Part shown: piece by piece, positions 50,748 through 60,634 of the stretch
Numbering within the stretch: the stretch's first letter is position 1
Layout: every line of letters starts with the position of its first letter
NCBI GenBank assembly: GCA_047602605.1
Contig: JASGGW010000001.1
Coordinates: forward strand, 911,619 to 975,618
Source of the DNA: Ferruginibacter sp.
GTDB taxonomy: Bacteria > Bacteroidota > Bacteroidia > Chitinophagales > Chitinophagaceae
Length of the DNA: 64,000 nucleotides
Direction of reading: 5' to 3'
Notes under the pieces: generated by a model
Databases searched by the model: none
Told to the model about the DNA's origin: nothing
The model's input: only the letters and a program-made list of their open reading frames with translations
Made by a program: the position numbers and the translations under genes

Positions 50748-51112
50748 TGAATAAGCGGAAAACCGATATTGATCGTGGCAAGCTCCTGAAAGAAATGGTG
50801 GAGGAGAGCGGTATATCCAAAACCAAGCTGGTAAAAAAGATCGGCTACAAACACAGGGCCAGCTATTATAGTCATATTGCCACCAAAAATCTTTCGCTCG
50901 ATATTCTGCAGCAGTATGCGACTGCCTTAAACTACGACCTCAAGCAACATTTTCCCGATTATGATTTCATCGTAGCGGAAGATGATCTCAATTCTTATTA
51001 CTCTGAACCTAAAGATATGGAAGCTGCTCTTTCCTTAATACAGAAATGGAAAGACAGATATTACAAGTTGCTGGATAAGCATATGAGTTTGATTGAAAAA
51101 GGGGAGAAGTGA
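50747..51112 (+). CDS. XRE/Cro-like HTH regulator with a C-terminal coiled coil
   Basis: GKLLKEMVEESGISKTKLVKKIGY..LSLDILQQYATAL; WKDRYYKLL tail. Confidence 0.75.
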   Translation: MNKRKTDIDRGKLLKEMVEESGISKTKLVKKIGYKHRASYYSHIATKNLSLDILQQYATALNYDLKQHFPDYDFIVAEDDLNSYYSEPKDMEAALSLIQKWKDRYYKLLDKHMSLIEKGEK

Positions 51113-51117
51113 TGATA

Positions 51118-51789
51118 TTAGGTACCACTTTTTTTAATTCTTTCATTTAATGTATCAAAGAGCTTAGATTGGTTAACTCTTGAAATGTAGCCTTTTAACT
51201 CATCTTCAGAACATTGAAAAATGTAACGACGTAATCTACCTGCATCTTTTTTAAAGACATTGATAATGGTAAGAGCCTCTTGAAAATCATCCACCGTAAA
51301 TCGATCAGGAGATAATAGCTCATTTTCAAAATCAACATAAAAACATTTCTGCTTTCTTTTGTCTGCTTCTTTCCACCACTCATCGTTTTTAATTCCTTGA
51401 GCTATAGAAGTAAATATTTTGTAAGTAACAAATGCCATATTTTTTATGCTTTTATCATTTTTTCTATCCACCATTCGGGATATATTGCTGAAAAAAATGG
51501 CAAAGGAATAGATATCTTTTATTACTACATGCCTTGCTCCATGATTAGAGAAAAGCAATTTATATTTTTTCATGTTTGAGACTCTAAACCCTTTTCCCTG
51601 TAATAATAAAGCCAATGCTTTTACTAACTCTTCAGTGCCAAGTATTAAATGAGCAATTGCATTAGGATATTCCTGATGTTCTCCTAATAATTTTGCTATT
51701 TTATAATGTCTGTTAAAGTTATTCCAGATAGTAGGGTACACTTTTAGGCACTCTTCATCGGAGAGGTTCGTAAATTTTCTCTGAGCCAT
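51118..51789 (-). CDS. AbiV-family (HEPN-like) abortive infection protein
   Basis: N..RH..IA.LL...Y..A..HLILGTEELVKA, H..RH and KQKCFYVD motifs; AT-rich. Confidence 0.65.
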   Translation of the reverse strand: MAQRKFTNLSDEECLKVYPTIWNNFNRHYKIAKLLGEHQEYPNAIAHLILGTEELVKALALLLQGKGFRVSNMKKYKLLFSNHGARHVVIKDIYSFAIFFSNISRMVDRKNDKSIKNMAFVTYKIFTSIAQGIKNDEWWKEADKRKQKCFYVDFENELLSPDRFTVDDFQEALTIINVFKKDAGRLRRYIFQCSEDELKGYISRVNQSKLFDTLNERIKKSGT

Positions 51790-51811
51790 TTGAATAATCT
51801 ATAAAAGGTTC

Positions 51812-53026
51812 TCACCTCCTGCTCGCAATCAATAAATTCAGATCGGTATACTTCAGATCAAATCTTTCACTTAAATAAAAGTTCGTAAGGCTGCCCTTGA
51901 ACATATAAATACCCGTGCGGATATTGATCTTGTGCCAGATGGTTTTATCAATGCCGCCATCTTCGGCAGTTTCCAGCAGCAGCGGCATCAGTACATTGCT
52001 GATGGCCTGGCTGGCAGTGCGGGCAAAGCCGCTGGGGATATTGGGCACACAATAATGAATAACGTCGTATTTGATGAAAGTCGGCTCCTCGTGCGTGGTG
52101 ACCTGGCTGGTCTCAAAACAGCCGCCATGATCAATGCTTACATCCACGATTACAGCGCCCGGGCGCATGGCGCTTACCATTTCTTCGGTCACCACAATGG
52201 GCGTACGGCCACCCGATCCGCTTAGCGCACCTACGGCCACATCACAGGTCTTTAGCTGCTTGCCGAGAATTTTAGGCTCCAGTACCGAAGTCCACATGCG
52301 TACACCAATATTGTTCTGCATACGTTTAAGCCGGTAAATACTGTTGTCAAATACTTTTACACTGGCGCCCATAGCCAGTGCGGTGCGGGCTGCATATTCG
52401 CCTACGATACCGGCGCCGATGATAATTACTTTTGTAGGAGGAATGCCGCTGATGCCACCCACCAGCACACCCTTGCCATTATTGGCGCTGCTGAGGTGCT
52501 GACCGGCGATCAGCATAACAGCGCTCCCCGCTATTTCACTCATGCTGCGCACAATGGGGTTATGACCGCTGGCATCCTTAAGATTTTCGAAACTGAGGGC
52601 GGTAATTTTTTTTCGCATCATTTTTTCCAGTATTTCCCGCTTCATCACCGCCAGGTTGATGGGAGAAATGATGTATTGATTGGGGCGGAGGTATTCGCAG
52701 TCGTCCTCACTTACGGGAGCGCTTTTTACAATAATATCGCTTTCGAATATCTGCTTTTTATCGTAGAGTATTTTGGCGCCGGCATCGCTGTAATCCTTGT
52801 CGGTATAATGAGCGCCTTCACCGGCTTTGCTTTCCACGTGCACCTGGTGCCCGTTGGCCACAATAACGCCCACGGCTTCCGGTGTAAGCGCAATACGGTT
52901 CTCGTTGAAAGAAGTTTCCTTGGGAATGGCAATAGAAAGCGATTCCGACTTTGGTTTGATGTCAAGAGTTTCTTCCAGGGTTTCGTAAGCCAGTGATGCT
53001 GCTACAAATGGTTTGGTAGTGGCCAT
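51812..53026 (-). CDS. ald: Alanine dehydrogenase
   Basis: IPKE..ENRIALTP, MSEIAG, IIGAGIVG, DVSIDHGGCFETS, HYCVPNIP. Confidence 0.9.
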   Translation of the reverse strand: MATTKPFVAASLAYETLEETLDIKPKSESLSIAIPKETSFNENRIALTPEAVGVIVANGHQVHVESKAGEGAHYTDKDYSDAGAKILYDKKQIFESDIIVKSAPVSEDDCEYLRPNQYIISPINLAVMKREILEKMMRKKITALSFENLKDASGHNPIVRSMSEIAGSAVMLIAGQHLSSANNGKGVLVGGISGIPPTKVIIIGAGIVGEYAARTALAMGASVKVFDNSIYRLKRMQNNIGVRMWTSVLEPKILGKQLKTCDVAVGALSGSGGRTPIVVTEEMVSAMRPGAVIVDVSIDHGGCFETSQVTTHEEPTFIKYDVIHYCVPNIPSGFARTASQAISNVLMPLLLETAEDGGIDKTIWHKINIRTGIYMFKGSLTNFYLSERFDLKYTDLNLLIASRR

Positions 53027-53072
53027 AATTATAAAGGATTAAAGCTGCCTGCCTTTTTTGGCGGAATACAAA

Positions 53073-53486
53073 TTACAATTTTATTTGGAGCTTTCGTGTA
53101 TTCTGCGGAGCCAATGATAAAAAACAATGCACGGTACCGGGAGGGAACAGATCGGGCGCTTTTTCAGGCCATTCCACAAAGCTGTAATCGCTATTGTAAA
53201 AGGAGTCTTCCACTCCTGCCTGCAGGGCTTCTTCCTCGTCTTTGAGGCGATATAGATCCATATGGTAAATGGTAAGACCGTTATTGGTTTTATACTGGTT
53301 GATGATGGAAAAAGTGGGGCTTCCTGTAACTTCTTCTACACCCAGCGCCTTACATATAGTGGTAATCAATGTTGTTTTTCCTGCGCCCATTTCGCCATGA
53401 AAGGCAAAAACTTTTCTGCCTTTTACCTGTTCCAGAAAGGCGGCAGCAGCGGTGTCTATTTCATCCAGCGTAAAAAATGAATCCAT
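53073..53486 (-). CDS. tsaE: tRNA threonylcarbamoyladenosine biosynthesis ATPase
   Basis: GEMGAGKTT, SPTFSII, HMDLYRL, VEWP. Confidence 0.95.
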   Translation of the reverse strand: MDSFFTLDEIDTAAAAFLEQVKGRKVFAFHGEMGAGKTTLITTICKALGVEEVTGSPTFSIINQYKTNNGLTIYHMDLYRLKDEEEALQAGVEDSFYNSDYSFVEWPEKAPDLFPPGTVHCFLSLAPQNTRKLQIKL

Positions 53487-53631
53487 GATGCAAAGATAAA
53501 TTTCAGAATTAGTAAATGGGAGGGTAAAGCTTTGAATAATTTTGCGAAAGAAATAAATAGCAAAGGCGCTAAGGCTCCGGTATTATAAAAATATTTTGCG
53601 TTTTGGCGTCTTTGCGGTTAAAACTGATAAT

Positions 53632-55788
53632 ATGGAAAAGATAGACTGGAATGTAGAAGGAATGACCTGCAGCAACTGTGCGCTGTCGGTAAACAAATAC
53701 CTGCAAAAGGAAGGTGCAGAAGATATTAAAGTAAACCCCATCAGCGGTGCAGTGAGCTTTACCAATGCTTCCAATAAAGCGCTTACGGATATTAAAAAAG
53801 GGATCGGTAGCCTGGGGTACAAAGTGGTAGATAAGGATGCTTCCGGAGAGCACGCAGCACACGGACATGAGCATCATGGTCACAGCCATGGCAGCGACGG
53901 CTCTTTTTTATCCACCAATAAAAAACGTTTTTTATTCTGCCTGCCTTTTACGCTGGTGCTCATGCTGCACATGATCGACAACTGGGTGCATATTCATTGG
54001 CTGATGAACCCCTGGATACAGTTGGCGCTGTGCATGCCCGTGTTTTTAGTGGGGCTCTGGTACTTTGGCCGCAGCGCTTTTAAAAGTGTGATCAATGGCA
54101 TGCCTAATATGAATGTGCTGGTTACATTGGGCGCCATTACTTCATTTGCTTACAGCCTGGTAGGGGCCATTAACGGCTGGGGCGATGATTACCTGTTTTT
54201 TGAAACCACCGCATCCATCATTACCCTGGTGCTGCTGGGCAATTACCTGGAAGAAGCATCGGTGAATGCCACACAAAAAGCGGTGCAATCCCTGGCGAAA
54301 TCGCAAAAGGTAATGGCCAATATGATCGCTTTCGATGACAAGCATGAAGAGCATGTTTTTCCCGTAGAGAATACGGTATTGAAGGAAGGTGATCTTATCC
54401 TGATAAAGAACGGTGAACAAGTGCCCATCGATGCGAAAATATTGTGGGGTGATGCCATGGTGAATGAGGCCATCATTACCGGCGAAAGTATCCCTGTCAG
54501 CAAAACACAGAAAGATTTTCTTATCGGCGGCAGTGTGCTTGAAAGCGGCCTTGTAAAAGCGCAGGTAACGGCCACCGGCAAGAATACCGTGTTGTCCGGC
54601 ATTTTAAAAATGGTGGAAGATGCCCAGGGAGAAAAGCCCCCTTTACAAAAGCTGGCCGATAAAATAAGCGCCATATTTGTTCCGCTTATCATTGGCATTG
54701 CCGTGCTCACCTTCCTGCTGAATTATTTTGCATTCGACAAAACAGTTGGCGTATCCATGATGCGTTCTATTGCCGTGCTGGTGATCTCCTGTCCTTGTGC
54801 TATGGGACTGGCAACACCCGCCGCCATTGCAGTAGGATTGGGAAGGGCCGCCCGCAATGGCATCCTGTTCCGCAATGCCTCTTCGCTGGAAGCATTTAAA
54901 ACGATCAAGCAGATCGTATTTGATAAAACAGGCACGCTTACCACCGGCAAGTTTGTAGTGGCTTCTTTTCACAGCAGCCTGCCCGAAACAGCATTTAAAA
55001 AGATCGTTTACTCTCTTGAAAAATTTTCCAATCACCCCTTGGGTAAATCCATTGCCATGCAATGGAAAGGCACAGATGTGATCCGCTGGAAAAATATAGA
55101 AGAGATCAAAGGCATGGGCATACAGGCCACCGATGAGGAAGGCAATGAATATATAGCTGGTTCTTTCAGAAGTCTGCCCGAAAATTATACTGATACCAAC
55201 CACAATATTTTTATTACCCGCAATAAAGAAGTGATCGGCTGGGTGGATGTGGCCGATGAAATAAGGCCGGAGGCAAAGGATGTGCTGGCCTGGCTACACA
55301 ATAAAAATATTAAAACCATTTTGCTGAGCGGCGACCGTAAAGAAAAATGTGAAGCCCTGGCAAAACAGCTGGGCATAGACGAAGTGATCGCCGAACAAAC
55401 ACCACAGCAGAAACTGGAAAAAATTACAGCGCTGAATGCAGCCACTCCAACGGCCATGGTGGGCGATGGCATTAATGATGCCCCGGCGCTGGCAAAAGCC
55501 ACCCTGGGTATTTCTGTAAGTGAGGCATCGCAGATCGCCATGCAAAGCAGCGATGTGATTCTTATGAATCATGGATTGAAAAATCTGCCTTATGCCCTGG
55601 GACTGGGTAAGCATACCAATATCACCATAAAAGAGAACCTTTTCTGGGCGTTTGCCTACAATATTGTGGCCATCCCTATTGCGGCACTGGGCCTGTTAAC
55701 TCCTACGGTAGCTGCACTGGCTATGGGTTTCAGCGATATTGTACTCGCCGCCAATTCCGTAAGGCTTTTTGTAAAAAAGGTTTTTTAG
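53632..55788 (+). CDS. copA: Heavy-metal (Cu-type) P1B ATPase
   Basis: GMTCSNC metal-binding domain, His-rich linker, TGES, CPC, DKTGTLT, GDGINDAP, YN in TM7. Confidence 0.85.
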   Translation: MEKIDWNVEGMTCSNCALSVNKYLQKEGAEDIKVNPISGAVSFTNASNKALTDIKKGIGSLGYKVVDKDASGEHAAHGHEHHGHSHGSDGSFLSTNKKRFLFCLPFTLVLMLHMIDNWVHIHWLMNPWIQLALCMPVFLVGLWYFGRSAFKSVINGMPNMNVLVTLGAITSFAYSLVGAINGWGDDYLFFETTASIITLVLLGNYLEEASVNATQKAVQSLAKSQKVMANMIAFDDKHEEHVFPVENTVLKEGDLILIKNGEQVPIDAKILWGDAMVNEAIITGESIPVSKTQKDFLIGGSVLESGLVKAQVTATGKNTVLSGILKMVEDAQGEKPPLQKLADKISAIFVPLIIGIAVLTFLLNYFAFDKTVGVSMMRSIAVLVISCPCAMGLATPAAIAVGLGRAARNGILFRNASSLEAFKTIKQIVFDKTGTLTTGKFVVASFHSSLPETAFKKIVYSLEKFSNHPLGKSIAMQWKGTDVIRWKNIEEIKGMGIQATDEEGNEYIAGSFRSLPENYTDTNHNIFITRNKEVIGWVDVADEIRPEAKDVLAWLHNKNIKTILLSGDRKEKCEALAKQLGIDEVIAEQTPQQKLEKITALNAATPTAMVGDGINDAPALAKATLGISVSEASQIAMQSSDVILMNHGLKNLPYALGLGKHTNITIKENLFWAFAYNIVAIPIAALGLLTPTVAALAMGFSDIVLAANSVRLFVKKVF

Positions 55789-55851
55789 TCAGGTTAGCGG
55801 GTTGATGTGTAAATTAGTGACCCTTTCTATCCGGAGGGGTACAACAAGCTG

Positions 55852-57771
55852 ATGGCGGATACCATTCATACGATTCTCAAAAAATACTGGGGCTACTCTT
55901 CCTTCCGGCCTTTGCAGCAGGATATCATTGAAGCTGTGCTGGATAAAAAAGATGTGCTGGCCCTGCTGCCTACAGGTGGCGGTAAGTCCATCTGCTTCCA
56001 GGTGCCCGCCCTGGCAATGGAAGGCATCTGCCTGGTGATAAGCCCCCTGATCGCACTCATTAAAGACCAGGTTGAAAATTTAAATCAAAGGGGTATTCCT
56101 GCGCTGGCTGTTTACAGTGGCATGTCTTTTCCCGAAGTGAAGAAAACATTGCAGAATGCAGCTTATGGCAATTATAAATTCCTGTATGTTTCGCCCGAAA
56201 GGCTGGAAACCTCTTTGTTCCTGGAATTTTTGCCCGCCATTAAACCATGCCTGGTTGCGGTAGACGAAGCGCATTGTATTTCGCAATGGGGCTACGACTT
56301 CAGGCCGCCTTACCTGCGCATTGCCGATCTGAGAAGCGAGCTGCCCGGCGTGCCGGTCATTGCGCTGACAGCTTCGGCTACCCCTGCAGTGCAGGAAGAT
56401 ATCACCGGAAAATTATTGTTTGATAAAACGGCAGTCCGCTTCAAACAATCCTTTGCAAGGCCCAATTTATCTTATAGTGTATTATCGCCCGAGTCAAAAG
56501 AAACCAAGCTGCGGGAAATACTTGAAAATGTTCCCGGCACTTCTATTGTGTATTGCAGGAGCCGCAAACAGGCACAACAGGTGGCCGACCTGCTGCAGCT
56601 GCATGGCATGGATGCCGGCTATTATCATGCAGGGCTGGGCACCGAAGAACGTGCCCGCAGGCAGGATGACTGGCTGCACAATAAGACGAGGGTGATGGTA
56701 TGCACCAATGCCTTTGGCATGGGTATCGACAAGCCCGACGTAAGAACAGTGATCCATTACCACATTCCCGATTGTCTTGAAAATTATTACCAGGAAGCCG
56801 GCCGTGCAGGCCGGGATGGTAAAAAAGCCTATGCAGTGCTGTTATGTCAGAAAGATGAAACGGAAGCATTGCTGCAGCAGGCCGATATCCGGTACCCGTT
56901 GCCCGAGGATGTAAAAAAAATATATACCGCATTGATGAATCACCTGCAGGTGGCAGCAGGTTCGGGGGAAGGGCAGAGCTATGATTTTGATCTGGCCGCT
57001 TTCAGCGAATATTTTAAAATGGATGCTTTCCGGGTGAGCTACGGCATACAGGCGCTTGCCAAGGAAGATGTGCTCAGCTACAATGAAGTTGTTTTCAGCG
57101 CTTCCACGATTGTATTCACCACCTCGAAGACCAACCTGGCTGATTTTGAAAAAATGTACCCGCAAATGGAGTCCGTTATCAAAGCATTGCTGCGGAGCTA
57201 CGAAGGGATTTTTGATTTTCCTGTCAGCATTTTTGAAAACAAGCTGGCTGCCTTCCTCAAAACTGATAAAGCGAAGCTGGTTGCTTCTTTAAAAGAATTG
57301 CACCGGTATGGCATCATACAATACCGGTTTCCTTCCGGCAAGCCGCAGCTGTACCTTCAGAAGAACAGGATGTATGCCGATGATTTTAAAATCGATGCGG
57401 CGCAGATAAGGGAAAGAAGGGCACAATATGAAAAGCGGGTGCAAGCCTTTGCCCGCTATGTCGAATACACCGGTTGCCGGGAAGCTTTTTTAGCTGCTTA
57501 TTTTGGCGCTCCTACCCAAAAAGACTGCGGCGTATGCGACAATTGTATAGAAAAGCATTTCCAGGAACAAGGAGCAGCCGATACGGAAGCTGTTATAACA
57601 CAAATCAATCGCCTGCTGGCGCAGGGCCCGATGGAGATCAATTCACTTATAAAAAAGATTTCAGGTGTTCCCGAAAAGCAAACCCGGGAGCTGATAAATT
57701 TCCTGTTAGCTGAAGAAAAATTGCAACAAACCGCAGAAGGCTTGCTAAAAAACCGCAAAACATTGCAGTAA
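55852..57771 (+). CDS. recQ: RecQ-family ATP-dependent DNA helicase
   Basis: PTGGGKS, DEAHCISQWGYDFRP, QEAGRAGRDG, C-terminal CGVCDNC. Confidence 0.92.
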   Translation: MADTIHTILKKYWGYSSFRPLQQDIIEAVLDKKDVLALLPTGGGKSICFQVPALAMEGICLVISPLIALIKDQVENLNQRGIPALAVYSGMSFPEVKKTLQNAAYGNYKFLYVSPERLETSLFLEFLPAIKPCLVAVDEAHCISQWGYDFRPPYLRIADLRSELPGVPVIALTASATPAVQEDITGKLLFDKTAVRFKQSFARPNLSYSVLSPESKETKLREILENVPGTSIVYCRSRKQAQQVADLLQLHGMDAGYYHAGLGTEERARRQDDWLHNKTRVMVCTNAFGMGIDKPDVRTVIHYHIPDCLENYYQEAGRAGRDGKKAYAVLLCQKDETEALLQQADIRYPLPEDVKKIYTALMNHLQVAAGSGEGQSYDFDLAAFSEYFKMDAFRVSYGIQALAKEDVLSYNEVVFSASTIVFTTSKTNLADFEKMYPQMESVIKALLRSYEGIFDFPVSIFENKLAAFLKTDKAKLVASLKELHRYGIIQYRFPSGKPQLYLQKNRMYADDFKIDAAQIRERRAQYEKRVQAFARYVEYTGCREAFLAAYFGAPTQKDCGVCDNCIEKHFQEQGAADTEAVITQINRLLAQGPMEINSLIKKISGVPEKQTRELINFLLAEEKLQQTAEGLLKNRKTLQ

Positions 57772-57798
57772 CAATGTCAGACTAATACGTATAAAAAT

Positions 57799-57862
57799 AA
57801 AAAAGGGACCAAGATAGAAATCTAGTCCCGCTTTAAAATCCAATATCCTATGAAAAACCGAT
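57799..57862 (-). ncRNA. Candidate ~60-nt small RNA
   Basis: -7-like TATCTTTA (57871-57864), body AUCGGUUUUUCAUAGGAUAUUGGAUUUUAAAGC, terminator GGGACUAGAU-UUCU-AUCUUGGUCCC-U6; no ORF. Confidence 0.55.
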
Positions 57863-57911
57863 GTAAAGATAATAGGCTAAATGATATCAACCAAGCTTTT
57901 TTCAAAAAAAA

Positions 57912-58005
57912 TGTAGTTGATATACTACACATCAGTACTACTTAGGTGTAGAAAATTTACTACAATACGCTTATTTTATTGATTTACAGTAGTATATATA
58001 CTATG
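57912..58005. promoter_or_regulatory. Three TGTAG-N8-CTACA-type boxes upstream of the candidate sRNA
   Basis: 57912-57929 and 57947-57964 exact; 57988-58005 degenerate (aGTAG-N8-CTAtg). Confidence 0.6.
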
Positions 58006-58059
58006 TAAAACTTACACTCCTTCTTTTTAAATGTGGATAACTTTACATTTATAACTTTT

Positions 58060-59604
58060 CTAAAACCAGCTTGATTTCTTTTTTGAGCTGCTTCCTCCCA
58101 ATCCCAAAGCACCGAGCAGGGATCGTACAATCTGGTTGCCGGCCGTGCGGGCCATGCTTTTTACAACGGTATTATTGGCGATTTTTTCAAAAGTGCTGGG
58201 TTCTTCCTTTACTTTTTTACCGGGCTCGGCCGTGTCACCCCTCTCGGCAGCTTCCTGCAATTTTGCCGTGAGAATTTCATAGGCGCTTTCACTGTCTATA
58301 TCCTGGTTATATTTGGCTACCAGCTTGCTTTTGCCCAGTAGATCCGCCACTTCGCCGGGTGTAAGCACATCCATGCGGCTGCGGGGAGAGCAAAGCATTA
58401 CCTGGGCAAGAGGCGTGGGAATACCTTTTTCATTGAGCATGGTCACCAGCGCCTCGCCGATTCCCAGCTGTGTAATGATGTCTTCTGTTTTATAATAACT
58501 GGTTTCGGGGTAGTTCTCTGCCGTTTGCTTGATCACTTTCCTATCGGCGGCCGTAAATGCCCTTAATGCATGCTGTACTTTCAAACCCAGTTGTCCAAGC
58601 ACAGAAGCAGGTACATCCATCGGGTTTTGGGTGCAGAAGAAAATACCGATACCTTTTGAACGGATCAGCTTGATGATCGTTTCTATTTGCTCCAGCAGCT
58701 CGTTGCTGGCTTCCTGGAACACCAGGTGCGCCTCATCAATGAACATTACCAGCTTCGGTTTATCCAGGTCTCCCTCTTCCGGGCAGCTTGCGTATAATTC
58801 GGCCAGCATCTGCAGCATAAAAGTGGAGAACAGCTTCGGTCTGTCCTGCATATCGGTTACCCGCAGCACATTGATCATTCCCCGGCCATTATCACTGATG
58901 CGCATCAGGTCGGCCACTTCAAAGCTTTTCTCCCCGAAAAATACATCTGCGCCCTGCTGCTGCAGCTCTATTACTTTCCGCAATATAGTGCCGGTGCTGG
59001 TGGTAGATATTTTACCATAATCCTTTTCAATCTCGGCTTTGCCTTCGTTGCCCACATATTGCAATACCTTGATAAAATCCTTCAGGTCAAGCAAAGGCAG
59101 CTTATTGTCATCGCAGTATTTGAATATAAGCGCTACAATACCGCCCTGCGTATCATTGAGCCCGAGTATTTTGTTAAGCAATACAGGACCGAATTCGCTT
59201 ACCGTGGCCTTCAGCCGCACACCATCCTTGCCTGTAAGCGACATCAGCTCTACCGGGAATGCCGAAGGCTGGTACTGCAGGTTGAGCTTCTGGTACCGTT
59301 CCGTAAGCTTATCATTGATGGTACCACTTTCCGCAATACCGCTCAGGTCGCCTTTAATATCCATGAGCATTACAGGTACGCTTGCATCGCTCAGGAACTC
59401 GCTGATCATTTGCAGGGTTTTTGTTTTACCCGTACCGGTCGCCCCTGCAATGAGCCCATGGCGGTTCATGGTTTTCAGCGGGAGAAATATTTCTGCTTCG
59501 CTCACCACTTCGCCATCCAGCATGCCGCAACCGATCTTTATGGAATCGCCTTTGAATGTATAACCGGCTTTAATGTCTTCAATGAATTTATTTTTATCAG
59601 CCAT
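58060..59604 (-). CDS. HerA-like ATPase (YjgR/DUF853 family)
   Basis: NRHGLIAGATGTGKTKTLQ, DIKGDLSG, FIDEAH, IRSKGIG, QHALRAFT. Confidence 0.9.
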   Translation of the reverse strand: MADKNKFIEDIKAGYTFKGDSIKIGCGMLDGEVVSEAEIFLPLKTMNRHGLIAGATGTGKTKTLQMISEFLSDASVPVMLMDIKGDLSGIAESGTINDKLTERYQKLNLQYQPSAFPVELMSLTGKDGVRLKATVSEFGPVLLNKILGLNDTQGGIVALIFKYCDDNKLPLLDLKDFIKVLQYVGNEGKAEIEKDYGKISTTSTGTILRKVIELQQQGADVFFGEKSFEVADLMRISDNGRGMINVLRVTDMQDRPKLFSTFMLQMLAELYASCPEEGDLDKPKLVMFIDEAHLVFQEASNELLEQIETIIKLIRSKGIGIFFCTQNPMDVPASVLGQLGLKVQHALRAFTAADRKVIKQTAENYPETSYYKTEDIITQLGIGEALVTMLNEKGIPTPLAQVMLCSPRSRMDVLTPGEVADLLGKSKLVAKYNQDIDSESAYEILTAKLQEAAERGDTAEPGKKVKEEPSTFEKIANNTVVKSMARTAGNQIVRSLLGALGLGGSSSKKKSSWF

Positions 59605-59674
59605 TGTTTATTTTTTTTGAAAGTTACAATGTAAAGTCATTCTCGCAGCAAAAAGCATTTGTAAATTTGGGGCG

Positions 59675-60634
59675 ATGAGGATTTTTCTGTCAGTCATATT
59701 TTTAATGGTAGCAGCAGTGGTGCTCTCTGCATTCGTCATCGGCGGCAATAAAGAAACTATCCGCACAAAAGCTGCCCTGGGCAAAAAATTATTTTCAGAA
59801 AAAATGCTCTCCAAAGATTCCAGCATCAGCTGTGCCGGTTGCCATAAGCCTGACTTTGCTTTTGCCGACACCATAGCTTTCAGCAGGGGAATCAATGGCA
59901 CACTCACCACCCGCAACACTCCTTCGGTGCTCAATATGAAAAACAGGCCCTACTTTTTCTGGGACGGAAGAACTGCCTCACTGGAAGAACAGGCACTGGT
60001 GCCCATTGCCAATCCCGGTGAAATGGGGCTGCCCATTGCAGAAGCCGTGGAAAGATTGAACCAATCGCAGGAATACCGCAGACTGTTTAAAAAGATATTC
60101 GGTCAAAAACCGAATGCAAAAAACCTGGGCGCTGCTTTTGCCGCATTTGAAAAAACGCTGGAAACAACCGACAGCAAGTTTGATGACTGGGCTGATGGAA
60201 AAGTACAATTATCGGAGCAGGAAGAAAGAGGGCGCCAGCTCTTCATCGGCAGTAAAGCCAAATGTTTTGACTGCCATAAAATGGTGGATTTTACCACAGA
60301 TGAATTCAGGAATATCGGTTTGTACGATGGCAACACGGCCAGAGATGAAGGCAGGTTTGTTATTACACAGGATAAAAAAGATCTCGGTCGCTTTAAAACA
60401 CCCGGTCTGCGCAATGTAGCGGTGACAGCGCCTTATATGCACGATGGCCGTTTTAAAACACTGGAACAGGTAATACAGTACTATAACAATCCATATATGT
60501 TTGTGGAAGACCCTTTGAATATTGATAGCCTGCTGCGACGCCCTTTGCAGTTGACCAACCAGGAAAATGCCGACCTGGTAGCATTTTTAAAAACACTTAC
60601 CGATAAACGGTTTTTGAAAGAAGAACGCAGATGA
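59675..60634 (+). CDS. Di-heme cytochrome c peroxidase/MauG-family protein
   Basis: CAGCH and CFDCH; RNTPS, FWDGR, FKTPGLRNV..TAPYMHDG. Confidence 0.9.
   Translation: MRIFLSVIFLMVAAVVLSAFVIGGNKETIRTKAALGKKLFSEKMLSKDSSISCAGCHKPDFAFADTIAFSRGINGTLTTRNTPSVLNMKNRPYFFWDGRTASLEEQALVPIANPGEMGLPIAEAVERLNQSQEYRRLFKKIFGQKPNAKNLGAAFAAFEKTLETTDSKFDDWADGKVQLSEQEERGRQLFIGSKAKCFDCHKMVDFTTDEFRNIGLYDGNTARDEGRFVITQDKKDLGRFKTPGLRNVAVTAPYMHDGRFKTLEQVIQYYNNPYMFVEDPLNIDSLLRRPLQLTNQENADLVAFLKTLTDKRFLKEERR

Noticed and set aside
43577-51789. Prophage/ICE interpretation of the accessory module
   Set aside because: No integrase, relaxase or structural genes, and no flanking direct repeats that I could see
53560-53616. 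GCAAAGGCGCTAAG / TTTTGCGTTTTGGCGTCTTTGCG 9-mer-like repeats before copA
   Set aside because: Short, degenerate and single-copy in this window; probably a decayed intergenic repeat
57900-58020. Spaced repeats as a mini CRISPR array
   Set aside because: Only 5-bp half-sites are conserved, spacing is irregular and there are no cas genes; better explained as operators
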